Shown here piece after piece: positions 62,055-62,082 of a stretch of DNA of 62,082 nt. This DNA is from Parvularia atlantis (taxonomy: Eukaryota). The stretch is taken from contig CALSCO010001421.1 in NCBI GenBank assembly GCA_943704415.1, forward strand, positions 1 to 62,082, read 5' to 3'. A program made the translations under genes and the position numbers. The stretch's first letter is position 1. Every line of letters begins with the position of its first letter. The notes below the pieces were generated by a model. It saw only the letters and a list, made by a program, of their open reading frames with translations, was not told where the DNA came from and made no database searches.

Positions 62055-62082
62055 CTGGCGCGGTGGCGAGGTCGATGCGCGC

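Overview
This window is eukaryotic nuclear DNA, not prokaryotic. It is very GC-rich, extremely compact and intron-dense: about 25 complete and 2 partial protein genes, roughly 200-230 introns by hand count (mostly 50-90 nt), and intergenic gaps often only 8-65 nt. The supplied ORF track is therefore mostly exon fragments and antisense artefacts, and I rebuilt the gene models by hand-splicing. Genes in order: partial unknown, H2A.Z, KANSL2, atypical Hog1-like MAPK, RPS4, Trm10, P-loop NTPase, Atm1/ABCB7, membrane-anchored Gfo/Idh/MocA-like protein, RPC5, LON-N-domain protein, SDR, SPX + M14-deacylase fusion, SARM1-like ARM-SAM-TIR, ArgJ, Ubc7, PMT, vinculin-like + RasGEF, Cdc7, small unknown, PanK-DUF89, Cdc25, glucose-6-phosphate 1-epimerase, DUF1764, Csf1/BLTP1, partial unknown. 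Fungal-type sequences (Hog1, Cdc7, Csf1) co-occur with genes better known from animals (SARM1, KANSL2, long RPC5), which suggests a unicellular opisthokont, perhaps a nucleariid or other early holomycote (inference only). Best leads: (1) a SARM1 homologue with an intact NADase glutamate but only one SAM domain; (2) an SPX inositol-pyrophosphate sensor fused to an M14 deacylase; (3) a RasGEF whose N-terminus aligns by eye to the vinculin head; (4) a Hog1-like MAPK lacking the TxY tyrosine and the docking site; (5) a GTGCG(C/T) donor consensus with many GC-AG introns; (6) E2F and CHR motifs at cell-cycle genes. Family assignments come from recalled motifs, not database searches.
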